The notes under the pieces were generated by a model that was not told the origin of the DNA, did not search any database, and saw only the letters and a program-made list of their open reading frames with translations. A stretch of DNA of 64,000 nucleotides. It comes from Ilumatobacteraceae bacterium. GTDB taxonomy: Bacteria; Actinomycetota; Acidimicrobiia; Acidimicrobiales; Ilumatobacteraceae. Location of the stretch: NCBI GenBank assembly GCA_963734555.1, contig CAVTHQ010000010.1, positions 21,896 to 85,895 on the forward strand, in the 5' to 3' direction. Both the position numbers and the translations under genes were made by a program. Below, piece by piece: positions 42,142-52,214 of this stretch. The number at the start of each line of letters is the position of its first letter. The stretch's first letter is position 1.

Positions 42142-44617
42142 ATGGACACCAAGCTGCCCCCCTCCTACGTGCCGACCGCCGGTCGCTACGACGAACTGGT
42201 CGACGTCGACGGCAGCCTTCGTCCCCATTGGGAGTCGATGGTGCGGACCTGGACGACGCTGGGTGCGGCAGAGATCGTGCGTCGACAGATGGTCGCCGAA
42301 CGCTTGTTGGTCGCAGAGGGCGCGGGGCACGTCTTCCACGACGATCGCGAAGTCGGTGTGCCATGGGGCCTCGACCCGGTCCCCTACGTGATCGACGCAG
42401 CGCAGTGGCGCGGCATCGAACGCGGGTTGAGCCAACGAACCCGAGTGCTCGACGCGGTCTTGGAGGATCTCTACGGACCGCGTCGGCTGTTGATCGACAA
42501 CGTGATCCCGACGGCAGCAGTGATGGGCTCGCGGGCGTACCAACTCGCCGCGGTAGGCGTCGCGGTACAACGTCCGCGGCTGATGCTGTACGCCGCCGAC
42601 GTCGTACGCGATAGCTCCGGCCAGTGGCTGGTGCTGCGCGATCACACCGACGCGCCCACTGGTTGTGGGTACGCGCTGATGAACCGAACGGTGCTGTCGC
42701 GGCTGTATCCCGAGCCGTTCCGGCACCTCGGCGTCAGCCCGTTGTCGACCTGGTTCGCCGATCTCCGCACCGCGTTGTCGGCGGTGGCGCCCCCCAACGT
42801 CGTCGGACCGCGGGCCATCCTGCTCGGCCCCGACCCGCAACGCCCCGGTTTCGTCGAGGCGTCGTACCTCGCCGCTCACCTCGGCTACCACCTGGCCAGC
42901 AGTGGAGATCTGATCACGCGTGGCGGCCGGGTGTGGCTGCGAACCCTGGGCGGCCTGGAGCAGATCGATGTCGTCTTCCGTCGCTTGGTCGACACCGGAT
43001 CCGATCCGCTCGAACTGGGGCCGGCCGGCACCGGTGGTGTGACCGGCCTGTTGCAGGCCGTGCCGCGAGGGTCGTGTCGGTGTCGCCAACTCGCTCGGCA
43101 GCGGGCTCGCCGATCGACTGTGGCTGCAGCCCTTCCTGGCCGACGCGGCGCGCCACCTGCTGGGGGAGACGCTCGAGCTGGCGTCGATCGACACGTGGTG
43201 GTGTGGTGATCGCGAACGCCTGGCCGCCGTTCGCGCCGATCCGGAGACGTTCGTGTTCCACGACACCGACCCGGTGTCGCCGGCGCCCTCGGTGTTCGGC
43301 GATCGTCTGAGCGACTCGGAGATGACCGACTGGCTGGATCGCATGACCGCCGCGCCGCATCGCTATGTGGTGCAACCGAAGATCGAGTTCGCCAGCACGC
43401 CCGTCGCCGTCGACGGCGAGCTGCGCAGCGGAACCGCCAGCATCCGCGTGCAAACGGTGCGGATCGGCGACGATGCCATCGTGCTGCCCGGTGGCCACGG
43501 TCGCCATGTGGCCCCCGGTCAGCTGGTGATCAACTCCTCTGACGCGTTCGGCAAGGACGTGTGGGTGCTCACCGACCCGACGGTCCGAAGCATCACAGCC
43601 GGGCCATCGGCCGTCGCCCGCCGGGCCCGGCTGCCGCAGATCGACCTGCGCGATTCGTTGCCCACCCGATCTGCAGAGGCGTTGTTCTGGCTGGGCCGCA
43701 ACGCCGAGCGGGCCGAGGCGGCGACGCGAACGACGCGCCTGGTCGTCGCCCGCGCCGGCAGCGACCCTGCGCTGCTCGGCACGGCATGGCTCGGCAGGGC
43801 CATCGGCGCGCTCAGGTCGGTCAGCGGGGGAAGCCCCAGCGACGATGGTTCGGCCGCACCCGACGGTGCAACGGCGCTGCTGGCGGTCGAGGTGGCCGCG
43901 GCGCTCGACGATCGGTCGGGTGCGGTCGCCAACAGCCTCGGCCATCTCGCCGCCAACGCCGGCGGTGTCCGCGAGTTCTTGTCGACGGCGACATGGCGGG
44001 TGCTCAACGAGCTCGACGCCGAGCGGTCCATCCTCTTGTCGACCACCGACTCGAGTGATCCCTTCCTGGTCACCGAATGCCTCGACCGCATCATGGTCGA
44101 CCTTGCTGCGCTCGCCGGTCTGGTGATGGAGAGCATGGTGCGCGGGCCGGGTTGGCGATTCCTCGATCTCGGTCGCCGGCTCGAACGCGCCGTGCTGCTG
44201 CTCGGGATCATCGAGGCGGCGCTGTCCGACGAGCCCGACGACGATGTCGCCCAGCCGGTGTACGACCTCGTGCTCGGGGCCAGCGAGAGCCTGGTCGCGT
44301 ACCGCCGCCGTTATCGCAGCGACGTCCGCCTTGCCGCGATCGAGGACCTGCTGGTGCACGACGACACCAATCCCCGTTCGCTCGTGTTCCAGCTCGACCG
44401 CATCAACGAGCACCTTGCCGCGCTGCCGTGGAACCCCGATGCGTCGAAGCACCGCCGCTTCCTCGAAGCTGCGGCGCGTGGGCGCCTCGGCGAGGGTCCG
44501 GATTCGCTGGCGAAGCTGGTGCTCGATGTGCGCGGCCCGTTGCTGGAGCTGATCCGCGAGTTGATGCTGGCCTGGTTCACCCACCCGGCACGCCGCGGAC
44601 TGGGCGGGTTCGGCTGA
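42142..44617 (+). pseudogene. Fused circularly permuted ATP-grasp + alpha-E protein (about 825 aa) with one +1 frame break at 43063
   Basis: The N-terminal part (frame of 42133) is paralogous to the 39741 gene. After ...GLLQAV the continuation REGRVGVANSLGSGLADRLWLQPF...TWWCG... and an alpha-E half (RSAEALFWLGRNAERAE...) run in the next frame to 44617. Confidence 0.8.
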
Positions 44618-45496
44618 TGCGCTACCGCGTGCGGCACAGCCACCGAGTACCGGTACAGCGCGCAGGTGATCAACGGCCACACCGTGGCCCACCTGCGCCC
44701 GCGGATGACGCCTACGCAGACGGTGCGCGAGTCGGAGGTCACCACGGTGCCGGCCGCCGACCATGCCGACGAGTACCTCGATGTCTTCGGCAACCAGGTT
44801 TCGTACCGCGCCGTCGAGCAGGTGCACGACCAACTCGTGGTCGTCGCCACATCGGAGGTCGAGGTCAGCCCCGGCGGTGGAGTTGGTGTGGTCGCCACCG
44901 TGGGAGGAGGTCCGCTCGATCGTCGCCACCGATGGAAGTCCCGACGGGTTGTTGGCGCGGATGTGTTCGATCGAGTCGACACTCGTCACCCCATCGGCCG
45001 ACCTCGCCCGCTTCGCCTCGTGGTCGTTCCTGCCCGGCCGGCCCTTCCACGAAGCGGTCGTCGACCTGTCCCACCGCATCTTCGCCGAGTTCGCCTTCGA
45101 CCCCGGTTTCAGCGACGTCACCACGCCGCTTGCCGATGTGCTGACTCATCGCCGTGGCGTGTGTCAGGACTTCGCCCACCTGGCGATCGGCACGATGCGC
45201 TCGCTCGGTCTGCCGGCGCGCTACGTGAGCGGGTACGTGGAGAACGAGCCGTCGCCCGGTGAGCCGAAGATGGTCGGTGCCGACGCATCGCACGCGTGGT
45301 GCGCGGTGTACGTCCCCGGTTGGGGATGGCTCGATGTCGATCCGACGAACGATCAGGTGCCGCCGCGTTGCCATGTGACCGTGGGCTGGGGACGTGACTA
45401 CGCCGACGTCGCGCCCGGTTCGCGGTGTGGTGTTCGGCTCGCCGGCGACCGCAGGAGCTCGACGTCGCCGTCGAGGTCACCAGGCTCGACGACTGA
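44617..45496 (+). pseudogene. Transglutaminase-like cysteine peptidase family protein with four +1 frame breaks (44641, about 44870, 45417, 45451)
   Basis: MRYRVRHS / TEYRYSAQVINGHTVAHLRPR... / PAVELVW...RRGVCQDFAHL...ASHAWCAVY...DVDPTN...GWGRDYADVAP / VRGVVFGSPAT / QELDVAVEVTRLDD lie in five successive frames. The Cys-His-Asp triad context is intact. Confidence 0.8.
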
Positions 45497-45559
45497 CCAT
45501 GTCGCGCCGACAACCCCGTCCAGGACGGGCCGCCGCGACCGTGCAGTTACGCTGTCCGC

Positions 45560-47545
45560 ATGGGGAAGCAGATCACCGCCTGTTCGCTCGATTGCCCGGA
45601 CAGCTGCAGCCTGGAAGTGACGGTCGAGGACGGGCAACTGATCGCCCTCGACGGGGTTGCCGACGGGCCGAACCCGTCGACGAAGGGTTGGATCTGCGCC
45701 AAGGTCAAGCACACGCCGCAGCTCCTGCACGGACCCGATCGCATCACGATGCCGCTGCGTCGTTCCGGGCCGAAGGGCTCGGGAGAGTTCGTCGGGATCA
45801 GCTGGGACGAGGCCCTCGACCTGTTCGCCGGAAAGGTCACCGAAGCGGTGGCTGCGCACGGCTGGCAGTCGGTCGTGCCGTACCTCTACAGCTCCTCGGC
45901 GGGCAAGCTGGGTCGCGCCGGGCTGTCGCCACTCGTATGGGAACACCTCGGTGCGGCGCGTACCGACATCACGATCTGCGCAGCGACGGTCGGCGAGGCG
46001 TGGGACCGCACGTACGGCTCGTTGCCCTCGGCTGATCCGCAAGACCTTCGCTACAGCGAGCTGATCGTCGTGTGGGGTGCCAACCCCAACGTGTCGCACC
46101 CGCACCTCGGCCCAGTGATCGAAGAACGACGTCGCGCCGGGGCGAAGTTGGTCGTCGTCGATCCGCGACGCACGCCCATCGCCGACCGCGCCGATCTGCA
46201 CTTGGCCGTGCGACCGGGTACCGACGGCGTGTTGGCGATGGCGGTCGCGGCGTTGCTGCAGCGCGACGGTCATCTCGATCAGGCCTTCATCGATCGCTGG
46301 GTCGACGGCGCCGACCAGTACCTCGCCGCGTGCGAACAGTGGACACCGGCGCGCGCTGCCGAGATCTGCGGCCTCGCCGTCGCCGACATCGAGCAGTTCG
46401 CCGAGATGTACGGCACGATCCGACCGGCGATGCTCCGCGTCGGCTGGGGCCAGGAACGAAACCGCAACGGCGGTTCGGCGAGCCGCGCCGTGTTCGTCCT
46501 GCCGGCGCTTGCCGGGCAGTTCGGCGTGCCGGGTTCCGGGGTGTTCAACTCGATCAGCGGGGGCGTCGGCTACGACGCCGACCGCCATTCGTCGCGCCGT
46601 CTTGGGCGACGTGGCGCCACCGGAGCGACGACCGATCAACATGAACCGCCTCGGGCGCATCCTCGTCGACGACGAAGGCGGACGTGTCGACGTGCTCTTC
46701 GTGCAGGGCTCGAACCCGGCGGCAACCTGCCCCGAGCAGGCCATCGTGCTGCGAGGGTCTCGCCCGCGACGATCTGTTCACCGTCGTGCACGACCTGACG
46801 ATGACCGACACGGCGCGGCTGGCCGACCTGGTGCTGCCGGCCACATCGCTGTACGAGGTCGACGAGATCGTCGGAAGCTACGGCTCGTTCGTCATCCAGG
46901 ACGCTCCCGCGGTCATCCCGCGGGTCGGTGAGAGTCGAACCAACGACGAGGTCAGCGTCGGCGTCGGCATTCGGCTCGGTCTCGATCCGCAACGGTGGGA
47001 TCCGAACCCACAGCGCTTGCGCCGGCTGGCGCTCGGTGATCGGGTACTGCCGTTCGCCAAGCTCCCCACCGGCAGCACGGTGCAGTTCCGAGACGTGGAG
47101 CCGGTCGGCAAGGTGCAGTTGGTCTGCGACGCCGAGGGCGTCGACAGCTTGCCGGCCTACCGCCCCCTCGAGGCACCCGACCTGCCCATCACGCTCATCA
47201 CGCCCGGCCACCAGCCGCACCACCAGCTCGATGTTCGGCAACATCGCCCCGGCCAGTGCCGACGTGCACCTGCATCCCGGCGATGCAGCCGCCAGGGGTC
47301 TGGCCACCGGCGACCGGGCACGGATCACCAACGGCCGGTACACCATCGAGGCGATCGTGGCGGTCGACGCGACCCTTCGACCCGGATTGGCGACGATGCC
47401 GAAGGGCATGTGGCGCCGCGACGGTTACGAAGGGTTCACCGCCAACGTCTTTGCCCCCGACCACCTCGCCGACCTCGCCGGTGGGGCGACCTTCAACGAC
47501 GCCCGCGTCGAGGTTTCAGCGGTGGCCGGCAACCTCAGCAGCTGA
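45560..47545 (+). pseudogene. Molybdopterin (MopB-superfamily) oxidoreductase with three +1 frame breaks (46583, 46758, 47209)
   Basis: N-terminal Cys cluster CSLDCPDSC, then VVWGANPNVSHPH and VVVDPRRT. After the breaks come AIRRAVLG...LFVQGSNPAATCP, LARDDLFTVVHDLTMTDTARLADLVLPATS and a C-terminal beta-barrel part, VHLHPGDAAARGLATGDRARITN. Confidence 0.8.
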
Positions 47546-47662
47546 TTCGAGCCACGAGCTCGGCGATCCCCACGGGGTGCCGCGCCGGGCAGCTCTCCAT
47601 GGATCACCGTGACGGCTGAGTATTGTCTCCACGATGTCCGAATCGAGCCCGACCTGAGCCCC

Positions 47663-48583
47663 GTGTCGTCAACAGTCATCGTCGTCGGGGCGATCAACGT
47701 CGACCTCGTCGTGGTCGCGCCCCGGCTGCCGGGCCCCGGAGAAACGGTGGTTGGTGGAGGGTTGCAGACCTATGGCGGTGGCAAGGGAGCAAACGCGGCT
47801 GTCGCCGCGGCACGCGCCGGAGCGAAGGTGCACCTGATCGGCGCGGTGGGTGGTGACGACACGGGTGCCGCGGCCCTTGCGGAGTTGCGCGATTCGGGGG
47901 TCGATGTCAGCGATGTCGCCGTGCTCGCCGGTGAGTCGACCGGGGTGGCGCTGATCGTCGTCGATGAGCACGGCGAGAACCAGATAGCGGTCGGCGCCGG
48001 TGCCAACGCGGCGATCCCCGTCGGCCACGTCCAGGAATGTCTGCGAGCACTGCTGCCCGCGGCGGGATGTGTGCTGGTGAGCACCGAGATCCCTGCGGCC
48101 GCCGTCGCCGCCGCGGTGGAAGCGGCGTTCACCGCCCGAGTGCGCTGCATCCTGAACCCCGCGCCGGTGCTTCCGGTCGTTGCCCAGTTGCTCGACCGCG
48201 GTCCCATCCTCACCCCCAACCGCTCGGAGTTGAGCGATTTGGCGGTGCTCGCGGGAGGGGGCAGCGGAGCTGCCACGGCCGACGCCCAGCACATCGCCAC
48301 CAGGACCCACCACCCGGTGGTCGTCACTCAGGGCGGCGATGGCGTGCTGGTCGTGAGCGGCGATGGCGCGGTCCAACTGGTGCCGGCGCCGTCGGTGGTG
48401 GTGCGCGACACGACTGGAGCCGGCGACACGTTCAACGGTGTGCTCGCGGCGCGGTTGGCGAGCGGCGACGACCTGGCCACCGCGGTGCCGATCGCTGTTG
48501 TCGCTGCGTCGCTCTCGGTCACTCGAGTCGGTGCACGCGGCGGCATGCCGACTGCAGCGGAGATCGACGCGGCGTTGCGCTGA
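47663..48583 (+). CDS. rbsK: Ribokinase (PfkB family)
   Basis: VIVVGAINVDLV, GGGKGANAAVAAARAG and DTTGAGDTFNG motifs. GTG 47663 is preferred over the ORF-track start at 47609. Confidence 0.85.
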   Translation: MSSTVIVVGAINVDLVVVAPRLPGPGETVVGGGLQTYGGGKGANAAVAAARAGAKVHLIGAVGGDDTGAAALAELRDSGVDVSDVAVLAGESTGVALIVVDEHGENQIAVGAGANAAIPVGHVQECLRALLPAAGCVLVSTEIPAAAVAAAVEAAFTARVRCILNPAPVLPVVAQLLDRGPILTPNRSELSDLAVLAGGGSGAATADAQHIATRTHHPVVVTQGGDGVLVVSGDGAVQLVPAPSVVVRDTTGAGDTFNGVLAARLASGDDLATAVPIAVVAASLSVTRVGARGGMPTAAEIDAALR

Positions 48584-48611
48584 GCTCACCCGCCGGCTGC
48601 GGGCTCTGCAG

Positions 48612-49394
48612 TCATCTGTCGTCGGCCAGCGAAGAGATCCAGGCGCAGACCTCGTCGATGCCGGCCCCGGTCTTGGCGCTCGTCTCGATCGTACGCACGT
48701 GTGGGTTGACGTCGCGGAGGTTGGCACGGAAGAGGTCGAGATCGAAGTCAAGGTAGGGGAGCAGGTCGATCTTGTTGATGATCACCACGTCGGCAGACCG
48801 GAACATCACGGGGTACTTCAACGGCTTCTCCTCGCCTTCTGTCACCGAGAAGACCATCGCTCGGGCGTGCTCGCCGACGTCGAACTCTGCCGGGCAGACG
48901 AGGTTGCCGACGTTCTCGATCACCACGAGGTCGAGTTCGGCGAGTGGCAAGCGTGGCAGCGCCGATCGCACCATCGTGGCGTCGAGGTGGCACTCGCCGC
49001 CGAAGCCATTGGCGGTGTTGACGAGCGAGACAGGAGCGCCGAGGCCACTGAGCCGATCGGCATCGATCGAAGTCTCGACATCGCCCTCGACGATGCCCAC
49101 TCGTACCGAGGATCCGAGCCGCAGCAGCACCTCGCGTAGCAATGAGGTCTTGCCGGCGCCCGGTGACGACATCATGTTGACCACGTGGACGTGCGCGTCG
49201 CGGAAGTCGTTGCGGTTGGCCTCGGCCGTGCGGTCGTTCTCACCGAGGATGTGCTCGAGCACCTCGACCCGCAGCCCGCCGGTCTGGTAGCCGGAATGGT
49301 CGCCGACGCCGGCGCTGCCACCGTGCTCGTGCTCGTGGTCGTGGTCGTCGTGCGAGTGTGCCGTACCGTCGGCGTGGTAGTGAAAACGTCCCAT
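48612..49394 (-). CDS. hypB: Hydrogenase nickel-incorporation GTPase HypB with His-rich N-terminus
   Basis: HYHADGTAHSHDDHDHEHEH, P-loop SSPGAGKTSLL, ENVGNLVCPA, INKIDL. Confidence 0.93.
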   Translation of the reverse strand: MGRFHYHADGTAHSHDDHDHEHEHGGSAGVGDHSGYQTGGLRVEVLEHILGENDRTAEANRNDFRDAHVHVVNMMSSPGAGKTSLLREVLLRLGSSVRVGIVEGDVETSIDADRLSGLGAPVSLVNTANGFGGECHLDATMVRSALPRLPLAELDLVVIENVGNLVCPAEFDVGEHARAMVFSVTEGEEKPLKYPVMFRSADVVIINKIDLLPYLDFDLDLFRANLRDVNPHVRTIETSAKTGAGIDEVCAWISSLADDR

Positions 49395-49526
49395 GCGAGC
49401 CTCCGTTCAGCTGCTGCGAACGCTACAACGCATCGCTCCCGCCTGGGCATCTCGCCGGTGCGACGTTCGCCACCGCGTTTGCCGTCGTCGCAATAGGGGT
49501 ATCGCCCATCGTTGAACGGAGGCTCC

Positions 49527-50405
49527 ATGTCAAGTGTCGCGGTGATCGCCAACACCCAGAAGCTCACGAAGAAAGACGGACGTGCCCTCAGACGGTCGCT
49601 CGCGGCCGCCGGCATCGACGATGTGTCGTGGCTGGAGGTCGACAAGGGCTCCGACTCCACACAAGTCGCGGCAAAGGCGGTGAAGCACGGGGCCCAGACG
49701 ATCGTGGTCTGTGGCGGTGATGGGAGCGTGCGCGCTGCCGCCGAGGCCGTGGTCGACACGTCGGCAAGCCTTGCCGTGGTGCCGAGCGGCACGGCGAACC
49801 TGTTCGCCACCGGTCTTCACCTGCCCACCGAGATCCCAGACATCGTCGACTTGATCAGCAGCGGCGATCGTCGCAGCATCGATTCCGCCGTGTGCAATGG
49901 ACGGACGTTCAACGTGATGGCCGGCAGCGGCTTCGACGTCGGCATGCTTGCCCAGGCCGAAGATGACAAGGAGCGACTGGGAACGCTGGCCTACGTACGA
50001 GCAGGGGTCAGCCAGGTACGCCGTCGGAAGTTGTTCGCAACCAAGGTCACGATCGACGACGAGGTGTTCTACGACGGCGAGGCCAGTTGCGTGCTCGTCG
50101 GCAAGCTCGGCTCCCTGAAGGGCGGCATCAAGACCTTCCCCGATGCCACCCCCACCGACGGCCTGCTGCACGTCGCCGTCGTCACCGCCGCCGGGATGCG
50201 CGAATGGGCCGGCCTGATGGTGAGCGCAGTCTTTCGCCGGCAGCAATCATCGAACCACGCGGAGATCGGGTCGGGTACTTCGATCTCGGTGTCGTTCGAC
50301 CGCAAGCGGCGCTTCGAGCTCGACGGCGGCGTCAAGGGCCGCTCGAAGAAGCTCGAGTTCGAGGTCAACCCGCGCTCGCTCATCCTCTGCGCCCCGGCAA
50401 CCTGA
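49527..50405 (+). CDS. Diacylglycerol-kinase-catalytic-domain lipid kinase (YegS/BmrU-like)
   Basis: ATG 49527 lies 7 nt after CGGAGG. VVCGGDGSV and VVPSGTANLFA motifs. Confidence 0.8.
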   Translation: MSSVAVIANTQKLTKKDGRALRRSLAAAGIDDVSWLEVDKGSDSTQVAAKAVKHGAQTIVVCGGDGSVRAAAEAVVDTSASLAVVPSGTANLFATGLHLPTEIPDIVDLISSGDRRSIDSAVCNGRTFNVMAGSGFDVGMLAQAEDDKERLGTLAYVRAGVSQVRRRKLFATKVTIDDEVFYDGEASCVLVGKLGSLKGGIKTFPDATPTDGLLHVAVVTAAGMREWAGLMVSAVFRRQQSSNHAEIGSGTSISVSFDRKRRFELDGGVKGRSKKLEFEVNPRSLILCAPAT

Positions 50406-50448
50406 GCAGGATTGGCGTACCGTTCACACTCGGCAGTTCGTGCTGGAA

Positions 50449-50504
50449 TCTGGGTGCCGGTCATCGACCGCCAGCAGCACCGATGTCGAAGGCTGGCACC
50501 CAGA
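50449..50504. terminator. Candidate bidirectional stem-loop between convergent genes
   Basis: TCTGGGTGCC (50449-50458) pairs perfectly with GGCACCCAGA (50495-50504). An inner CATCG/CGATG pair is present. There is no U-tract, so intrinsic-terminator function is not established. Confidence 0.35.
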
Positions 50505-50523
50505 TCGTCGGGTGCGCGGGCCA

Positions 50524-51429
50524 CTAGCGGACGGCGTGGTCGGGCCGCACTTCGGCTTCGGCAGCAAGCGATTGCACCCCGGCGGGGTGATCGGCAACCG
50601 GGTCGCCGAGTCGCTGGGCGCGACCGCCGAAGATGATCGCCACGATCATGAACCAGCCCCAGCCGAGGGCCAGTCCGGCGACGACGTCGGTCAACCAGTG
50701 CACACCCAGCAGGGCGCGGCTGGCCGCGACGGAGATGGCGATCAGTGCTGCTGCGCCGGCGAGGACTGCGCGGACGAACTTCGAGCGATCACGCCCGAAC
50801 ACGAGGGCGATCGCCAACCACGCGGCCGCGGACGCAGTGGCGTGACCGGACGGGAACGAGTAGCCGTGCACGACGACGAGCCGTTGCAGGTCTGGCGGAC
50901 GATCGCGGCTGACGATCGTCTTGAGCACGTTGGCCAGGATCAGCTGACCGACACCGATGGCGGCGACGAACAAGAAGACCTCTCGGCTGCGGCGGCGGAT
51001 GTAATCGATGACCGCGGTGAGCGCCAACGCGGTGCTGATCACCACCGTGCTGCCCAGCTGCGTGATCCACTTCAAGAGGTTGATCGTCTCCGCCCGGCCG
51101 TGTTCGGAGCCCCACTTGGCGACCGACTTGTCGGCGGTGGCGAGCCACGAGTGGTCGTTGATCGAATCCAACAGCAGGCCCAGGAAGAGGGCGACGGCAA
51201 AGAGGATCAGGAAGCTCACCGTCAGCAGGAAGCCGCCGGCGGTCTGGCGGTTCATGCGGGCACGGAGGAACCGCTCGACTCGTGGGTGACGGAAGATCGA
51301 ACGTCGGACTGCCTGCTCGGGCACGGCCGGATCGACGGGATCGACGTGAATGCGTCTCGATGCCGAGATGGCGAAGGCGATCATCGCAGCGCCTACGCCG
51401 CACAACACGACGATGAGCGAAAGGGTCAT
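50524..51429 (-). CDS. PAP2-superfamily phosphatase (membrane)
   Basis: KTIVSRDRPP, FPSGHATAS and SRALLGVHWLTDV are the three PAP2 motifs. Confidence 0.8.
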   Translation of the reverse strand: MTLSLIVVLCGVGAAMIAFAISASRRIHVDPVDPAVPEQAVRRSIFRHPRVERFLRARMNRQTAGGFLLTVSFLILFAVALFLGLLLDSINDHSWLATADKSVAKWGSEHGRAETINLLKWITQLGSTVVISTALALTAVIDYIRRRSREVFLFVAAIGVGQLILANVLKTIVSRDRPPDLQRLVVVHGYSFPSGHATASAAAWLAIALVFGRDRSKFVRAVLAGAAALIAISVAASRALLGVHWLTDVVAGLALGWGWFMIVAIIFGGRAQRLGDPVADHPAGVQSLAAEAEVRPDHAVR

Positions 51430-52172
51430 GGCGCGTTCGATCCTGCGGGTGTCAGGCCCAGATCAACGGGATGCTCTTCGGAGCTGACCGCTGCAGGGTG
51501 CTCGGCTGCCGCATGGCGAAGCACGATGACCGTCGAGATGACGCAGGCGCCGCCCAGCAAGGCTCCGAACACGACATCGGTGAGGTAGTGCATGCCACGG
51601 TAGATGCGCGAGAACCCGACGAAGAGGGGGATGAGCACACCGACCGCGCCAGCAAGCGCTCTGACCCAATGACGACGGGTGTGCCAGAACACGACGACGA
51701 TGATTCCAGAGTAGACGAGGGCTGCGCCCATGTGGCCCGACGGAAAGCTGGAGCCGACAGCCGAGGTCTCGAGGCGGGGAACGTTCGGTCGATGACGTCC
51801 GACGAGCGTTGTCACCGTGATGAAGGTCAGCGCTTCGAGGGCCAGCGGGATCACGACCATCAGTGGCTCCAGCCAGCGTTTCCACACGATCAGCATGGCG
51901 ATGGCGACAACGGCGGTCACGATGATCTTGACCATGGTGTCGGCCATCATCGAGCCGATGAAGGTCAACGAGTTCATCGTCGGCGTGCGCCGATCGACGA
52001 ACCACTTGGAGATCGACTGGTCGGCGTGCACGATCCACGAGTTCTTCAGCGGATGGGTCAGCGCCCATCCCACGGCGAACCAAGTGGTGGTGAATGCTGC
52101 GTACAAGATCCCGAGCACCAGTGCTTCGTGCTTGCGCACGAGCCAGGTGTCGCGTAGGCGTGGTTCGGACAT
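51426..52172 (-). CDS. PAP2-superfamily phosphatase (membrane), tandem paralogue
   Basis: LVGRHRPN, FPSGHMGAA, SRIYRGMHYLTDV. The stop overlaps the next PAP2 start by 4 nt. ATG 52172 (MSEPRL) is preferred. Confidence 0.8.
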   Translation of the reverse strand: MSEPRLRDTWLVRKHEALVLGILYAAFTTTWFAVGWALTHPLKNSWIVHADQSISKWFVDRRTPTMNSLTFIGSMMADTMVKIIVTAVVAIAMLIVWKRWLEPLMVVIPLALEALTFITVTTLVGRHRPNVPRLETSAVGSSFPSGHMGAALVYSGIIVVVFWHTRRHWVRALAGAVGVLIPLFVGFSRIYRGMHYLTDVVFGALLGGACVISTVIVLRHAAAEHPAAVSSEEHPVDLGLTPAGSNAP

Positions 52173-52214
52173 GGTTGCACGATTACCCGATTGGTGGTGT
52201 CGCCAAACCGGCAC

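Noticed and set aside
48584-48611. Intrinsic terminator between rbsK and hypB
   Set aside because: There is only a 5-bp stem (CCCGC/GCGGG) with no U-tract, which is too weak to call.
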